From assembly GCF_001194135.2 (NCBI RefSeq), contig NC_068987.1, forward strand, positions 58,293,153 to 58,342,712: a stretch of 49,560 bases of DNA, in the 5' to 3' direction. The stretch comes from Octopus bimaculoides (taxonomy: Eukaryota). Of the stretch, positions 49,231-49,560 are shown in pieces (the first letter of the stretch is position 1; each line of letters opens with the position of its first letter). The position numbers and the translations under genes are program-made. The notes beneath the pieces are model-generated. The model did no database searches. It was not told the origin of the DNA and saw nothing but the letters and a program-made list of their open reading frames with translations.

Positions 49231-49560
49231 CAGGTACACGACACTGCTTTCCCCTTTCCCAGGCTACAGGCCCACACCCCCAACACCCATACTGTTAGGA
49301 TTGGCACTCTCAACGTCGGCACGCTGAAAGGTAGATCTGGTGAAATTGTTGAGATGCTTGAACGGAGACGCGTAGATATGTGCTGCATCCAGGAAGTAAG
49401 ATGGAGAGGAGGTTCTGCGAGGTTCCTCACAGGCAAAGAACACAGGTACAAGATTTTCTGGGCAGGGAACACTGACGGGGTCGGGGGCGTAGGAATACTT
49501 CTAGCGGAGAAATGGGTGGATAGGGTAATCGAGGTCGTCAGAGTAAGTGACAGAGTACTT
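49231..49560 (+). mobile_element. RTE-clade LINE, APE endonuclease N-terminus with an open frame running off the window
   Basis: Uninterrupted TVRIGTLNVGTLKGRSGEIVEMLERRRVDMCCIQEVRWRGGSARFLTGKEHRYKIFWAGNTDGVGGVGILLAEKWVDRVIEVVRVSDRVL. Confidence 0.92.

Overview
Eukaryotic, repeat-dense genomic window with ten N gaps. It is most consistent with an octopus (coleoid cephalopod) assembly; this is inferred from the SINE/RTE/microsatellite landscape and was not database-checked. The only host gene I can support is nucleoporin Nup54 on the minus strand. Eight coding exons are visible (47998-48087, 44287-44513, 41559-41746, 40665-40867, 38769-38917, 36469-36576, 28032-28151, 19782-19901), all with GT-AG junctions in compatible phases. 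The 5' exons lie beyond the window. One expected internal exon (GRLNELMSQIRMQ-type) is not visible and probably lies in a gap. The rest is transposon-derived: several tRNA-derived SINE families, many RTE LINE 3' tails plus a possibly intact RTE 5' end at the right edge, R4/Dong-like LINE relics, mariner and hAT relics, a Gypsy-like gag relic, a CCHC ORF1 relic and Penelope-like elements. The best hidden signal is a type I hammerhead ribozyme with an intact catalytic core (minus strand, 14339-14438). It has a long stem II hairpin and sits at the 3' end of a Penelope GIY-YIG fragment bracketed by 59-bp inverted repeats. All alignments and folds were done by eye.
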